Source: Glaucostegus cemiculus (taxonomy: Eukaryota). Taken from it: a stretch of 64,000 nucleotides of DNA. The stretch spans positions 24,056,001 to 24,120,000 of the forward strand of contig CDPCPM010000114.1 in NCBI GenBank assembly GCA_976551045.1. The letters run 5' to 3'. Of this stretch, positions 25,830 through 39,306 are shown one piece after another. Every line of letters begins with the position of its first letter. Within the stretch, counting starts at the first letter, position 1. The translations under genes were made by a program, and so were the position numbers. The notes under the pieces are model-generated. The model worked only from the letters and a program-made list of their open reading frames with translations, was not told the DNA's origin and made no database searches.

Positions 25830-26150
25830 TGCCATTAAGAGGACAGTTATCAAACAAAGGAAAAGGAAATGATGCTGAGCCTTGTAAGGAGATGGCAGAG
25901 AAGGTGACCAGCAACTTAGTCAGAGTTGTAGGTTTTAAGTGCTTTATAGGAGGAAAGATTGGTAGAGAGGTGTAGGAGGGAATTCTGGAGCTTGGGGCCT
26001 TAGCAATGGGGTATTCAGGGTATAAGACTTCAGGGCTAGTATATTAGAATTAGCTTGAAGGGTTACTGAGATGAAGGGGATTGGAAGAATATTGGGACAG
26101 ACAAGATCATGAAGAGATGAAAACAAGTTGAATATTAAGCTCCTTAGGAA
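25830..26150 (-). mobile_element. L2-type 3' end relic; similar pieces ~19230-19380 (-), ~34950-35145 (+), ~36890-37200 (+), ~40790-41270 (-)
   Basis: Shared blocks gtaggttttaag...ggagg...gagggaattctggagcttggggcct. Confidence 0.55.
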
Positions 26151-29100
26151 AAAAAAAGTTGTTCTTTTTGAAGTGTGCTACTTCGCTTTATGGAAAATCC
26201 CATTGTACATACTGTTTGGCTGTGTCCGTTTGATTTCATTTAATGGATGTTGGTGATTTTAGGATAAGTTAGATTGCTCACGAGCAGAAGTTCTAAATCT
26301 GGAGATGATATGGGCAACTTAGAGATGATTTGTGATTAACTCTGGTCACAACCGAAAGAAAAAGTAGAGTACTGAGAATAGAGAAATATATTTTAAAATT
26401 TATACTTTTCTGTTTTCTTTGCCCTTTTAAAACCTTTGTGGGAGGTGATTTCATGAAGTAGTTCAAGCAATTTTGAGTTGCAATGATGAATTTTTCAAAG
26501 GAATATTACAAGATGGGATGTTTAATGCAATACCTATAATGTAGATAGCAAGAAGCATTGTACTTTTTTCCTGGGATCTAATTTTAAACTTTATTTTTGA
26601 ATATCTGTGTGACTGGTTGAGAGTTTACCTAATAGCACCCAGTAGCATTCCCACCTTTTTAAAAACAAAGCACCTTTACACAAAGTTGATTCCCAGTGGC
26701 AATTTGGAATCCAAATCATACTTGCACCCAAAAGTGGATTGAAAATGGTTGTTCATTATAGTATATTAAGGAATTTAATTTACCCATCAACGTATGAATA
26801 TCTAGTTGCCTTGTTGGGTGAACAGTCAGGAGGTGAGCAGATAGCTAGTGGCAAACACCCAGTGTAATATGTGAAGAAAAAAGGTAATGAAGACATTTGG
26901 ATTGCAAGGCCCAGTTCATCTACAGCTTGGCACGATTTTAGCGGGAAGAATTATAGATGAGGTAAATCTTAAGTTACCAGTATTCTTGCATTAGAAAATG
27001 GAATTCAGAGTGAACGAAAAGTTAAACTTTGTTTTTGATGTAGTGACTTGGTTTCATTCAACTGCCATTTGCTTTTGTTTAGTTTAAACCAGACCTTTAC
27101 CTGAGAGGCAATATTCCAAGTCTGGCATCATATCAAGTGCTATTTCTCACAGTTGTCCAACCCAGTGAGAGGGAAGTTGTATTTATTCTCAATTCTCAGC
27201 AATCTGGTGAAGGAGCTCTATTATGATCAGTTCTCACAGTGCAAGTGGACCGAAAGTGAAGATATTTCTGGAGAAACCATTTTAACATTTTATTTTAAAT
27301 CATTCTGCTTCCAAGTTTTAGTTTATTTCAAAACAAAGTAGGTTCATGCCTAGAAATTTAGTTAAATTTAAAGAAAAACAATTTTGCTGTCCTCTTACAG
27401 TTTATATATTTGCAAAAGCTGTTTGATCTTTAAGGTGATGAATTTCAGGAAGTGTCATCTCTCTTCCAGTCATGATCTTTTACTACTATAGAAGAGCTAC
27501 GCATTGTAATAGATTCATTTAATTTAACTTTTTCATTGCATGTTGAGTGTGCTCCCTTTTTAATTTAGAAAATTTAATGACATTGTCTTTTTCTGATATA
27601 CAATCTCATAAATTAACCTCCAGTGCAAACATTATTAATGTGAAAAGTGGTGTTAAAATTCATTTGGAAATCCATTTGCTCAAGAGAATTTCTAATAACC
27701 AAAGCACAATTGCTAATAGTGGTCTGAAATCTACACAAAGTCATGATCTTTGCATGGAACTGTTGGCTTTTACCTCTGTATCTCTTCAGGTCTCCTGCTG
27801 GAATGAACTCCCTCAATCTTCTTTGTTTCACTTTGCGGTTTAAAAGCTGCTTTAAATCTCAGCTTTTCGACTAAGAGCTCAGTCATTTCTAATCCCCCTC
27901 TCCAACTCTTATATAAAGGCAAGTTGAATATTGCACTGTTTAATTTTTAGTGCAGGGGAAGTATTGTACAATTACTACAAGATCAGGCAATGTAAAGTAC
28001 AAAGCTTGTGTGCAAGGGATAAGGTTCTCTTGCAGAAATTCGTGAAGCTGTTGGACAGTAAAAGGAACTTATAGAAAATTTAAACCATGGCAACCACTAT
28101 GATCTGATTTGCCATTTCCTTTCCCAGCCCTTCTCATAACCTTTGTGAGGAAGATTACTTATTCAGTGCCAGACTGTGGTCAGATTTTTTTGGTGTGTTC
28201 CAACTAGGAATATTATGAATTCATTTTGAGAAAAGTTCTTGTGCCCATTTCATCTTGAACTAAATCCAAGTATATGTCTTCTAGGGTAGCAGGTGTGACA
28301 GTGATTTAATTTGGAGTTGAATGTTTGTTGCCCCTCCTTGATCTGATTGTGGGTTTGAAACTGGGCACCGATTCAGCAGTTTCAAACAGGACATGGAAAC
28401 GCAGAACAATCACTGTGAACTTGGCTCTTGTGAAATGCGGCAGTTAAAAACTGGGCTCTGTGTCCAGCTTTCATTCCCCCCGACTCTCAAACAAGTGGCA
28501 TTTTGCTGCTCATCTAGTGACAGCCATCACGTCCTCTGAAATTCAGTGTCTCCTCAAGTCAGTATCTTGCTTGACTGTTGAGTAATCATTAATGCAGGTT
28601 GGATTAATGCAGTTTTATTTAAATATTCTTCATCACGCTATGCAACTCTCTGAGAGTCCATGGATACTCTCAAGTCTTTACAGTCTCACTCTGACCATGT
28701 GAGTTGATTTATCCTTCAATTTTCCCTCTTTCTATGAAATACCATAGCCATTTTTATGTTAAGATCTGTGGTTCATCCCAATAGTGGTCCAGACTGTAAG
28801 TACAGTGCTACAACTCATCCCACCAATTCTTTCCTGTATTATTTGAAATGCTCATTTGCAATTTGGATTTTATTGCAAACCTTCCCGAAGTCAGTGAATA
28901 GAAACATAATAGAAAATCAAATATTTGGCTGCCTGAGGCCATCCAAAGTGATGGGCCATATTGCTTTAATTGAAGGCAGCAAGTGGAGCGACCAGTGTGG
29001 CGTGATACCAGCCTCTCATTAAATGTAAACACACAAGCAACAAGATAGAGATGCTTCATTTTTACTTGACAAGACTGCTATTGTAATTGGGACTAAGTAC

Positions 29101-29339
29101 CAAATGTAACATCCAGTAAATAACCCTGCACTGTGAACATGCTATTGCAGTGGAAGATAGTTTAATAAGAAGTTTCTAATGGTAGCATACTTGTATTTTA
29201 ATTATAATGGGAGTACTTGAAATCACTTTGAACTTTGCTGTGCTGTGCAGAAATGATGCAAGGGGAGTCTATCAAAACATTTTTAAAAATTACATTAACT
29301 ATTTCCACTTCTCCTGAAATATGAACCAAGTGAACTGAG

Positions 29340-30480
29340 CACCAGTAAAGTAGACACATCAACAGGATACCCAGACTCTGACCTGCGCTGTTAGCCACAG
29401 TATTTCTGTGACTGGTCTAGTTAAGTTTTTGATTAGTGGTCACCAGATGTTGATGCTGATGGATTTGACAATGGTAATGCTATTGAATGTCAAAGGGAGA
29501 TGGTTAAGCTGACTTTTGTTGATCATTGTATGACGAAAATGTTACATTTATGGACAAAAGATGGACTTCGTCATGGTTACGCCCTTCACAGACTGCTTCA
29601 GGATGAGGAGCTGCAGAAGAAACTGACCACTTCAATCCACAGTGAATATCTCCACCTCTGACAAGATGCAGGGCTGGACATTAGTGTAGCAGCTGAAAGA
29701 TGGCCCGTAGAAAGTCCTGCATCAAAGTCAAAGGTCTAAGATGAGTCTGGAGCCAAATTGTGACAATACTGCCGATTTGTCCTCAGTTCCTCAAGTATGC
29801 CTTGCTTGATTCATTCTGAATCTGTCCCATTCAGCTTGGTGATAGTGCCCCAACATGATGAAACGTACCTTCAATGTGCAGAGAGAATATAAGACCACAC
29901 AGAAATGGTGCAATGGTCACTCCTACTTATAGGACAGATTGGTAAAGATAGTGTCAAGTAGGCTCCCCCCCCCCCAACACAGTCTCCCCTCTTGTTTCTT
30001 TAAGCTCATCAGGTCTCAGTCAACTTGCTATAGTGCTTCTCCCAAACTTCCCTTGTAATTTTCCTCCATCAAAAGTGCATTCTTTATCCTTGCTATTCTG
30101 TGCTTCTCCCAAGTGGTGGTCAACATGGAGAAATACTGATTCATCAAATGAAGGGAGTGGTAGGTGCTGGCAAAAGGTTTCCTTCCCACTGTTTGACCTG
30201 AAGTTTGACCTTGATGGGGTCCAGAATCAATGTTGATTTCCAGGGCCACTCCTTTCCAACTGCAAAGCACTGTGCTTGCTACCTTTGCGTTTCTCCTGAC
30301 TGTGGGATAGGACGTACCCAGTGCTGGGGGGTAGTAACAGAGGAGCCTGGAATGTTGGATTGGGTTAGCAAGGGGGACTTTGCAGGTTTGATGTCTGGGT
30401 GTCCCTTTGTTACATTTGAATCTAATGATCATTATCAGTGTTGGATGATGTGCTCTGTGTTGTTATAGTTCCTTGTAATG
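29340..30480 (-). mobile_element. Old CR1-clade LINE relic (same family as 61310-61960)
   Basis: 29390-29510 is the degenerate reverse complement of 61730-61860. Confidence 0.55.
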
Positions 30481-30774
30481 ACTTTACTGTGCATTTCTAA
30501 TAAATAAATGTGGAAATTGATAGAAATGCCACAATAAATCGAGGAAGGAAAAGGAAGGGGCTGATATTAGCTAAATCAAGATGATGAAAAGGGAGTGGGG
30601 TAGTTGGAACTCTGTCAGAGTCTTTTAGTTTTACTGAGGCAAAATCTATCAGAACAAAGTTTTGACTCTGCAAAGACTCTTGCAGGATGTACTCAGTCAT
30701 TGAGGTCATTTAAACCTAGAAATGAAAGATTAATAGACTAAAGGAATGAAGGAATATGGAGATAGGGAAAAACA

Positions 30775-30985
30775 AAATAAGTTTTATTGTCACTTCTATA
30801 TACACATTCAACATGCATGGGAGCAAAATACCAAACTCCACAGATCAAGGTGCTGGTCACATTAAAAAAAAACGAGAGACACAAAGACAGAAAGACATTA
30901 ACGACTTTGGGACCACAAAAATTAAATAGAGACTCGAAAAACAGTCTTAGAGTGAGCGTACTGAGGCAGAAAAAAACCAAGTGAT
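30775..30985 (-). mobile_element. 3' end of an unclassified non-LTR element; related copies 43133-43320 (-) and 62270-62376 (+)
   Basis: Shared ttttattgtcact..tatatacac...ggagc.aaatac...ctccacag.tcaaggtgc; the copy at 62350-62376 ends in a (TGATTC)n tail after AATAAA. Confidence 0.6.
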
Positions 30986-31021
30986 AACAGGAAACTCTCT
31001 AACACCATCAATGAAAAAGAC

Positions 31022-32068
31022 TTGAATTCAAATCCCAATGATTGGGAAATTGAACTCCAGATTTCTATATCCATAGAGACTTGGAAGAAAATTCTTCATT
31101 TAGTTAATACATCCTCAATGTGTGCCAGACATTCATTGATACAGTTTAAAGTTGTGCACAGGGCCTATATGTCCAAAGATAAGCTAGCTCATTTTTATGA
31201 TCGTATAAACCCTATATGTGACAGATGTAAATCAAACGTGGCTTCTTTGTCACATATGTTCTGGTCTTGTCCTAATTTGGAAAAATATTGGAAAGACATT
31301 TTTAATATTATTTCAGATGTATTGAAGATCGATTTACAACCTCACCCTATTACTGCAATTTTTGGATTACCATGGATAAAGTCTGGCCATTTACCTGCTT
31401 CTGCTAATCGTATGATTGCTTTTGTTACATTGATGGCCAAACGAGCCATCCTGCTCAAATGGAAGGATCCAATACCCCCTACCACTTTTCAATGGTTCTC
31501 TCAAACTATTTCATGTCTTAATTTGGAAAAAATTAGGAGTGGTACTGTTGATTCTTCGCTTAAATTTGAAGATGTTTGGAGTCCATTTATTCAATACTTT
31601 CATACAATGTAGTCTCCCCTTCTATAACTTTTTTTTTAAATTTAGAGAAATGGAGCTGACGACATTATATTGTTCTATTTCTATTGAATTTTAGCCCAGT
31701 TTTTTTTTCTTCTTGTTTTGTTTTTTTTTTCCCTTTTATTTTAAATTCATTTTTGGTTTAATTTACTCTATATTATTATGATTTTTTAAATTGTTTTTTC
31801 TTAAAAAATTGTTTTGGGGTTTTTTTTGTTTTGTTTTTTCTTCTAATTATATAACAAATCTTTTTCTTTTTTATCTTTTATATTACACTTATGAACCGAG
31901 ATATTGTTGGAATTATTTCTTTTATATACATTATACTTTATTGCTTTTTTTATGATTATCTATGATTTATTTGATATTTATATAATACATGTGTAAACAT
32001 TGTTGTTATATATCTTAACCTATAATGATTTGTTATCAATAAAAAGATTGAAAAAGAAAAGAAAGAAA
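31022..32068 (+). mobile_element. 5'-truncated L1 LINE: ORF2 C-terminus with CCHC knuckle, T-rich 3'UTR, A-rich tail
   Basis: 196-codon open frame with QFKVVHRAY, CDRC..SLSHMFWSC and AKRAILLKWK; AATAAA 32038-32043; A-rich tail to 32068. Confidence 0.92.
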
Positions 32069-32079
32069 TCCCACCTTAG

Positions 32080-32220
32080 TGACATACAACACGGATCAGG
32101 CTCTTCAACCCACTGAATCTGTACTGATTGCGAGCCACCCATTTATACCAATCTTACATTAATCCTTTCATTTTCCCCACCTTCTCATCAACTTCCCCCA
32201 GATTCTACCTAGCTAGGGGA
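32080..32220 (-). mobile_element. HE1-type V-SINE 3' fragment
   Basis: Collinear with 62820-62960. Confidence 0.65.
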
Positions 32221-32442
32221 TTTAAAGTCAGATCACAAATAAATTGAAAGTAAAATGCTTCTATCAACAGAATTATTACAAAACTGGATTGGGTTCATTA
32301 ATTCCTTAGAGAATAAATCTGCCCAGTCTGAACCATATGTGGTGTTAGAGCCACAGCAATATTGTTGCAACTTGTATCAAAAGTGCTGGAAGAAGCTATA
32401 ATATGGAATGTACTCTAGTGCTTTGACCAGGGCATGGCTTTA

Positions 32443-33042
32443 ATTGGAACTTGGAACAGAACAGCACAGGAGCAGGCCCTTCATCCCACCATGTTGTACC
32501 AAACTGATTAAACTAATGGCACCTAATCCCTTCTGCCTGCTCATGGTCTATATCCCTGTATTCTCTGCACATTCATGTGCCTATCTAAGAGCCTCTTACA
32601 CATCTCTATCGTATGTGCCTCCACTGCTACCCATTGGAAGCACATTCCAGGCACCCACCACATTCTCTGTGTAAAAAGATACTTGCCCCACACATCTCCT
32701 TTGAACTTGCCCCTTTTTGCCTTCAATGCATGCCCTCTATTATTAGACATTTTGACCCTGGGAAAATGTCAGGGTCTACTCTTTCTATGCCTCTCATAAT
32801 TTTATAAATTTCTATCAGGTCTTCTCTCAACCTCCGCTGCCCCAGAGAAAACAACCCTAGTTTGTCCAACCTCTCCTTATAGCTCATTCCCTCTAATCCA
32901 ACCTCTTCTGAACCCTCTCCATAGACTCCACATCCTTCCTACAATAGGGCAACCAGAACTAAATGCAATACTCCAGATGTAGCCTCACCAAAGTTTTATA
33001 AAGCTGCAACATAACTTCCAGACCCTTGAAATCAGTTCCTCA
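32443..33042 (-). mobile_element. CR1 3' fragment
   Basis: NNRGHALKAKRGKFKGDV...FTQR motif; acagcacaggagcaggccctt tail. Confidence 0.88.
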
Positions 33043-33093
33043 AATTGTGATAAAGATTCACCCAGTCCAGTAGACCTCAATATCTAGGGGTAT

Positions 33094-33471
33094 GGCTCAG
33101 TTGGTAGTACTGTTGATTGTAGGTTGTTGTCCTAGTGCAGGGACAATATGCTCCCAGTGCACTAAAATGTGCTGTACCTGAACCATCAAACTGAGGCCGC
33201 GCATATGTTCTTGGCTGGATATAAAAGACATGACATTTCGAAGAGTTATTCCTCCTGTCCTGGCCAATATTTATTCCTCAATTATTGAATTCCTCATCTC
33301 TGAATGAGATTATGTGATCATTATCAGACCTTTTACTTTTGTGAGACTGAAGCTTGCAAATTGATGGCAATGTTTCCTACTTTTCATCAGTAACTGCACC
33401 TCAAAATATTGGCTGTAGAGTACTTTGGAAAGTTCTGAATTTGTGCAAGGTGCTGCAGAAATACAAGACTT
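33094..33471 (+). mobile_element. Deu-domain SINE (SacSINE1/AmnSINE1-related), near full length
   Basis: A-box-like ggctcagttggtag; Deu-like blocks aaactgaggcc, tgtcctggccaatatttattcctcaa, gattatgtgatcattatcag, gcaaattg..gc..tgtttcctac; tail attggctgtagagtactttgg. Confidence 0.75.
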
Positions 33472-35629
33472 CAATTTGCTCCCTAATGTGACCCAAGGCC
33501 ACAAGTATGTGTAATCTTTCTCAATTTTCATTCCTATTAAAGACCTTTCCCTTTTGTTCTTACGTTCCCCATAACTTTTTTCTCCCTCTGTGGATAGTGC
33601 ATGACCTATTTCTATACTTCAAGTTTTCAATATCTACAATACTTTGCTTTTGTTGAGTTATGCAAGTTTTTGTTTTGTTTTCCAAGGCAAGATTAAAATC
33701 TATAAGAACAAAGATTCAACTCCTACTAAATTAACTCCATTCCAAAATATTCCTTTTTTTCTGTGGTTTAAGAGTCACGGTTTCACAGTCAAGTCATTTC
33801 AATATTTTGAGATACCATTTTGAATGTCTATCTGCAAGTTGTTTATTTTGAATGATACTAGACGTGCAGCTGAAATGAAGCAGAAACCCCCTAGCTGCAT
33901 TGATGAGGGATCTCACCTATTACTACATGTTATTCTTTAAGTTATTTATGCATTTGTTTCAGATTCCCAATATTTGTGTTTTTTATATTTGCTTCTATTT
34001 ATCTGATGAGTTGATCCAAAATTTAGCAAGAGGCACAGCATTTGATGGGAAACATTTATGAATTAAGAAAGATTTTAGAGGCTTTGTTTCCAGTAACAAA
34101 AATTTTAATTTCCGTTTTTTTACCCCTGGAATTGGGTATGCCATTATTCTACACTGGTAGAAAGTTGAATCTGCAGCTTTCTTATACAAGAAACCAACAA
34201 AATGATTATTTTGAATATGAAATTGCAAAAGCCACAAATTGAGACAATCCTCACTGTGGTATGTTCCATTTGATGCAATAATTTAAAAGGTGATTGATCA
34301 GTGTTGCTAGTCTAGCTTGAATCTTTAGAACAGGAATTCAAATCCCAACAGCAGTTTAAGAATTGCCGTTCAGGATTTTTGAGAAAGCAACTGGAAACTT
34401 TAGAGGTTGACGTCAATAAAAATTATCATAAAGGTGTCAGATTGTAGAGAAAGTTCATCTGACTCTGTAAGGAGAAGGAAACCTATCAGCCTTATCTAGT
34501 TTTGCTTGTGTGTGACTTCTAATGTGGACAGCCATTTGCTCTGGTGGGGAGTCAGCCACTCTCAATTCTATCAAATCACCACAAAGAATGGTCTGCATCT
34601 TTATTAAGTCAAAATCTTAGCATCACTGTGGGAGCACCTTCAAAACACATTAGAATGGTTTGAAAAGGAAACTTACTACCACCACCTCAGGACAATTTGC
34701 AATGGGCACTAATTTCTGGCCTTGCTGGTAAGGCCCAAATTCCAAAACTGAATTTGTTTACCAGTTTTTGATGATGGATTTGTAATCAAACTTCCATTTC
34801 TTGCTGAGTCCTCTGATATTGTCCTCCATTTGATATTTTGTTTTCTGTATTTTTGATCAGCTTATTAATTTCTCCTTTTAGAATCCTGCAGCCACTTGTG
34901 CAGTGCTGATTTTCAGCACTCCATAATTGCTAGCTATGTTTTTAACTACATTGGCCTTGAGCTCTGACATTTTCTCCCTGAAACCCTCTGTCACCCTCTC
35001 TTACCTTTTAAGGATGCTCCTCAACACTTACTGCTTTGACCAAGCTTTTAGTCTTCTCTGTTTATCTCTGTGTGAATTGGTGTCAAAAATGTTTTCAATG
35101 ATGAACCTTTTAATATGCATTGTGAGATATTACATATAAATATGCAGTGAAGAAAATTGATTCTTGCCTTTCTCCTCGGTGGAAGCATTAAAGACCATTA
35201 ATAACTTCATGGGAAATTCTGAAAATGTTCAGTAGAACCCCGTCTCATTTTCTGCCACCTTCCAAGATGAGCATAGTTTCTGTGGAAGTAGAATGCTCCA
35301 CTTAATGAATTTGAGCAATGTTTGCATATTTAGTAGCTATTCTGGTAAGCTGTTGCATGTTATTACCAGAGGTGAACAGTAGGGGACAGTATATTTGTAT
35401 ATTAAAGCCCAGTGATTGAATATGGTGTTTAATTTACACCCACTAATATTACAGGAAAATATGCAAAGCAAGAGCATAATATAGATCTCTCTTTGTAAAG
35501 TTAGTACAGGACATTTGTGCTGCAGTTTATCGTAAACACGTAATTACCAGCTTTATTTCTGTTACTATGCAGTTTATTTTTTGTCTGATTTAACAGCAGG
35601 TATATAGAGAATCATGTTTCCACAAGAAA

Positions 35630-36745
35630 AATACAGAATCAAAGAATGGTTACAGCAGGTAGAGAGGCCATTTGGCCCGTCAAGTCTGTACTAGGTCCAT
35701 GTTGAGTAATCCAGTGAATCCCACTTCTCTTCCCATAACCTTGCAAATCCCTTCCTTTCAGATACTTAACCAGCTCTCTTTATAAAGCTACAATTGAGTC
35801 TGCCATTAGAACCACCCCTGGCAGTCATTGAAGACCCTCCTTTGTTTTCTGTGTAAGATTCGGACCTTTTGCCAGTTATTTTCATGCTGTGTCCCTTGGT
35901 ATGACTCTTTTGCCAAGGGAACAGTTTCTCTCTATCTACCCAGTTTATAACCTTCATGATTTTAAATCTCTGTATCCTATCACCTCACAACCTCGGTTCC
36001 AAGAAGAACCACCCTAGTTTCTCCAGTCTTTCCACAGAACTAGAACCTTCACATCTTTCCTGGTGGTGCCCAGAACTGTACATAACACTGCAGCTGTTGC
36101 TGAACCAGGGTTCCTCGTGGCTACTTTGCTGTTATGCTGCATAAGCTCTATGTACAAATCCCAGGATCCCCAGTGCATTTTTAACCAGCAAACCTGCCTT
36201 GCCACTTCCACTGAACTATGCACATATACCCCCAGATCCCCCTTCTTGAATCTGTTTTAGAATTGTATGCTGTTATATTCCTCTTTTCAATCTTGCATCC
36301 AAAAAGCAACACTTCACATTTCTCAATGTCTATCTGCCCATTCTACCAGTCTGCCTATATCTCTGTGAAGGCTGTCACTGTCCTCCTCACAGTTCACTGC
36401 ACCTTCAAGAAATAGTGCCCTGCATACTTCGATCAAGGTCATTAGTACACATTATGAAATGCAGTGATCCTTGTACTGACCCCAAGGGAGCTGTACTGTA
36501 TACTTCCCTTCAGAAAAACAAACTTCCATTATTACTTTGTTTCCTGTTGGCTCACCATTTTACTATCCCTGCTGCTCCATTCCTTTTATTCCAAGGTATT
36601 CAATCTGATAACAAGTCTATTACATAGCATATCCAAAGCCTTTTGGGAGTATGCATGGACATTAAACGTGTTTCCCTCCATCTACCTTCTCTGTTATTTA
36701 AACAAAAATCTCTCACGTTAGTTGGACACAATTTGCCTATAACAA
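35630..36745 (-). mobile_element. Older CR1 fragment
   Basis: VDREKLFP..T.GH..K motif; gaggccatttggcccgtcaagtc tail. Confidence 0.8.
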
Positions 36746-37289
36746 AAGATTTTTCAAACCAGGCACAAATAATTTGGTAATATTTTTGTAAAATGCAATT
36801 TTTAGGTCTAATTTCTATATCTTAATGATTTTAATTGAACTATTATTAGCAAGGAAGTCCTAATACAGTTATCGTGTATAGAGAACTAAGTGACCTAAAT
36901 CCAGAATTATGCCATTGGTCACTATATTGTTCTGGCATTTAAGTCAGCATGTAACTCTTACTCCAAGTATCTTAGAGCATAAAGGGCTATATCTCTGCAT
37001 ATATCTAGTTGTGTTCTTGAGTACATCCCAATTTCTCTCCATAAATTTTTGCATTCAGTTGTCCGGGTCCAAATATTTACCACTTTAACCGTGCTATAGG
37101 TCAGGTATCCAAATATTTCCTTGTGTGGCTTTGTCTCATTTAGTTTTATAGATCTGTGGAACACCCTATAAATGTTAAATACGTACATGGTTACACCAAG
37201 CGTCTGTTGATATATTCTGGAAATCTCAGGCATGGCTTTTGGCAGGGTGTTTTGACCGTGGGTCCACAGTGGTACAATATATATTTAAA

Positions 37290-37855
37290 AAAAATAGAAA
37301 ATGCTGGAAATACTCAATCCTTGCAGAGAGAAGTGTTAACTTTTCAGGTTGATGACCTTTCATCAGAACACTTGCAATCAAAACGGGTTACAGAAATATC
37401 CTAGAGATGAGGTTCAGGAATGATTTAGTTTAATTATTACAATAATTAAGGATATTTTAGGAATTAGCCTGAGAACTACAGTTTTCCTTGGTATGGAAAT
37501 CTAAATCAATAGAGATAATTCCCTGATTAGTTTTAATATTAGAATTGAGATTGAAAAGAATTGAATAGCTGACAAGATGGCGAATTTGCCTCTGGATTGA
37601 ATTGCCAATTCTCATGCGCTTTGCAAATTATTTAAACACACCCTTTGGTGCAAATCTAGATGTATATCATATGCAGGAGTTTATTTTCGGCTGTCGGATA
37701 CTTACAAAACCAGCCAGTAGTATCTCTTCAGCAGGACATGTAGAGTCGGTCTACATTGACCCTTCATCAAACTGAAACATTGACTGTGTTCCCTCTTCAC
37801 AGATGCTACCCAACCCTCTGAGTGTTTCTAGTATTTTCTATTTTTCATCGGATTT
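37290..37855. mobile_element. Inverted pair of Penelope-derived repeat relics (37290-37370 minus; 37755-37855 plus)
   Basis: Minus core gtt-CTGATGA-aaggtcatcaacct-GAAA-agtt-aac at 37335-37369; plus copy GAAACATTGACTG...cacagatgct...ctgagtgtttctagtatttt. Confidence 0.6.
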
Positions 37856-38049
37856 GTAATGGGCGCTATTTTTAGATTTTAGTTCGTTCTGAAACTGTTA
37901 TTTTCAATCTATTGGGATTGTGTTATCCTGTACTTTACAACGATACGGAGGCTCCATGTCGTTTTAAGAGTGCAGTACAGGATAACAGTCACATTGGTTT
38001 CATTTTCCTTCATTATTCCCCATGCAGTTTATTTTCATGCAAGCCGTAA

Positions 38050-38510
38050 GTAGTCATGTTATATAATAAGCAGAGGGAACTGAGTTCTAAGCCATCAGTT
38101 TATTGCAACCTGTGCCCTACCTGCGCCTGGACCTGACACTGGGCGTTCCTGTGCGTGTAACCTTGTATGTGGAAATTATGGAAATCGGGCCCGCTGAACC
38201 TGTGCGGTTGCGGTTTTGTACGTATATATTATGCTAATGAAGATCAGGTGAGCCAATGGGCGGCGCAGCTGGTGCCGTTCTTTGCATGTATTATGCTGAT
38301 GAGCGTGCCGTGGGGTTTTGTGGAGGAGCGGCGGCGGGCGCTGTTTGTCACCATCACAGGGTTCTTTGTGGAGCGGTGGAGGTGGCTCTCCAGGTTCACT
38401 AGCACTCCCAGACAAAATCCACACTAACCCTCACTTCACTCATTCTGCGGCGACCGGGCAGTCACAGGCAGCAAAGCACCGTTTCTCCAGCATCTTTCTT
38501 TTGAAATAGC
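38050..38510 (+). promoter_or_regulatory. CpG-rich proximal promoter and 5'UTR of the TSC22D1 short isoform
   Basis: CpG retained relative to the CpG-poor flanks; CCAAT at 38253-38257; GC-rich stretches; directly upstream of ATG 38511. Confidence 0.7.
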
Positions 38511-38635
38511 ATGAATGCTGAATATTATAAGTCACTGGCGATGGAGCTTGGGGTTTACCAGCTGAGGAATTTCTCGATTTCATTCCTTTCCTCTTTGCTT
38601 GGAACAGAAAACGCCTCCGTGAAATTAGACAGTAG
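38511..38635 (+). CDS. TSC22D1: TSC22 domain family member 1, short-isoform first coding exon ([41 protein letters not shown])
   Basis: Manual translation from ATG 38511 closely matches the short TSC-22 N-terminus (human ...[32 protein letters not shown]). Ends in phase 2 at AG/GTAAAT (GT at 38636). Confidence 0.93.
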
Positions 38636-39306
38636 GTAAATGTCGGTGGTTGTATTTTATTTTGGAGCAGTGCAAGGTCGCTTCTGTTTGAGGCAGTCAG
38701 ATACAGTACAGCAAATGCCTCTTGTATTGCAACAGTCTGCGATGCTAAAGGCGGTGACAGCTTCTTCGAAGTCTTGGGCTCTTTGTGGGAAGGGGGTGCG
38801 GGGGGAGGGTGGATTTCTGGGGAAAGCGAGTTTGTTTTTTCCATGTTTGCTGGGTCCCGGGAGCTCCTGCTTGAATATGTGCCCCTGGAAATATTGTCGA
38901 GCAATGCAGGGAAAAAAATGGCTGGCGTCGTCTCACCGGCTTGTTATTTTGCCGCATTACAGCGGGGGACCCCGGAGTCAGCAAAAAGTGAAGATAACGG
39001 CGTGTTTTTTTGTTCAAAGCTCGACCCTACACATGGAGCAAAATGGGTTTAAATTCTTAAAAACAGAATTGCTGGGGTCGGGACGTTGGAGACCGCCGTG
39101 TTGCATACCTTGCAAGCTGCTCGCACGGGAGGGGGAGGAGTGAATATAATGCATCAGATATCACAAAAACAAGGCTATTATCAGGTTTCAGCTCTACATT
39201 AGATCTTGGCAGGGGCTTGATTTGGCTGTTATTCGCCTGTTTGTTTTTTTTTCGAGCATCAGTCGGATTGCTGCCTTAATCTTGTTTTCTTGTGTTTCTT
39301 TTGCAG

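Noticed and set aside
34408-34415. Perfect CRE TGACGTCA
   Set aside because: Lies inside a decayed SINE copy and is not present in sister copies; probably chance.
39149-39200. Intronic ATG reading MHQ..., like the start of the long TSC22D1 isoform
   Set aside because: Stops after 17 codons, has no further similarity and no donor in the required phase.
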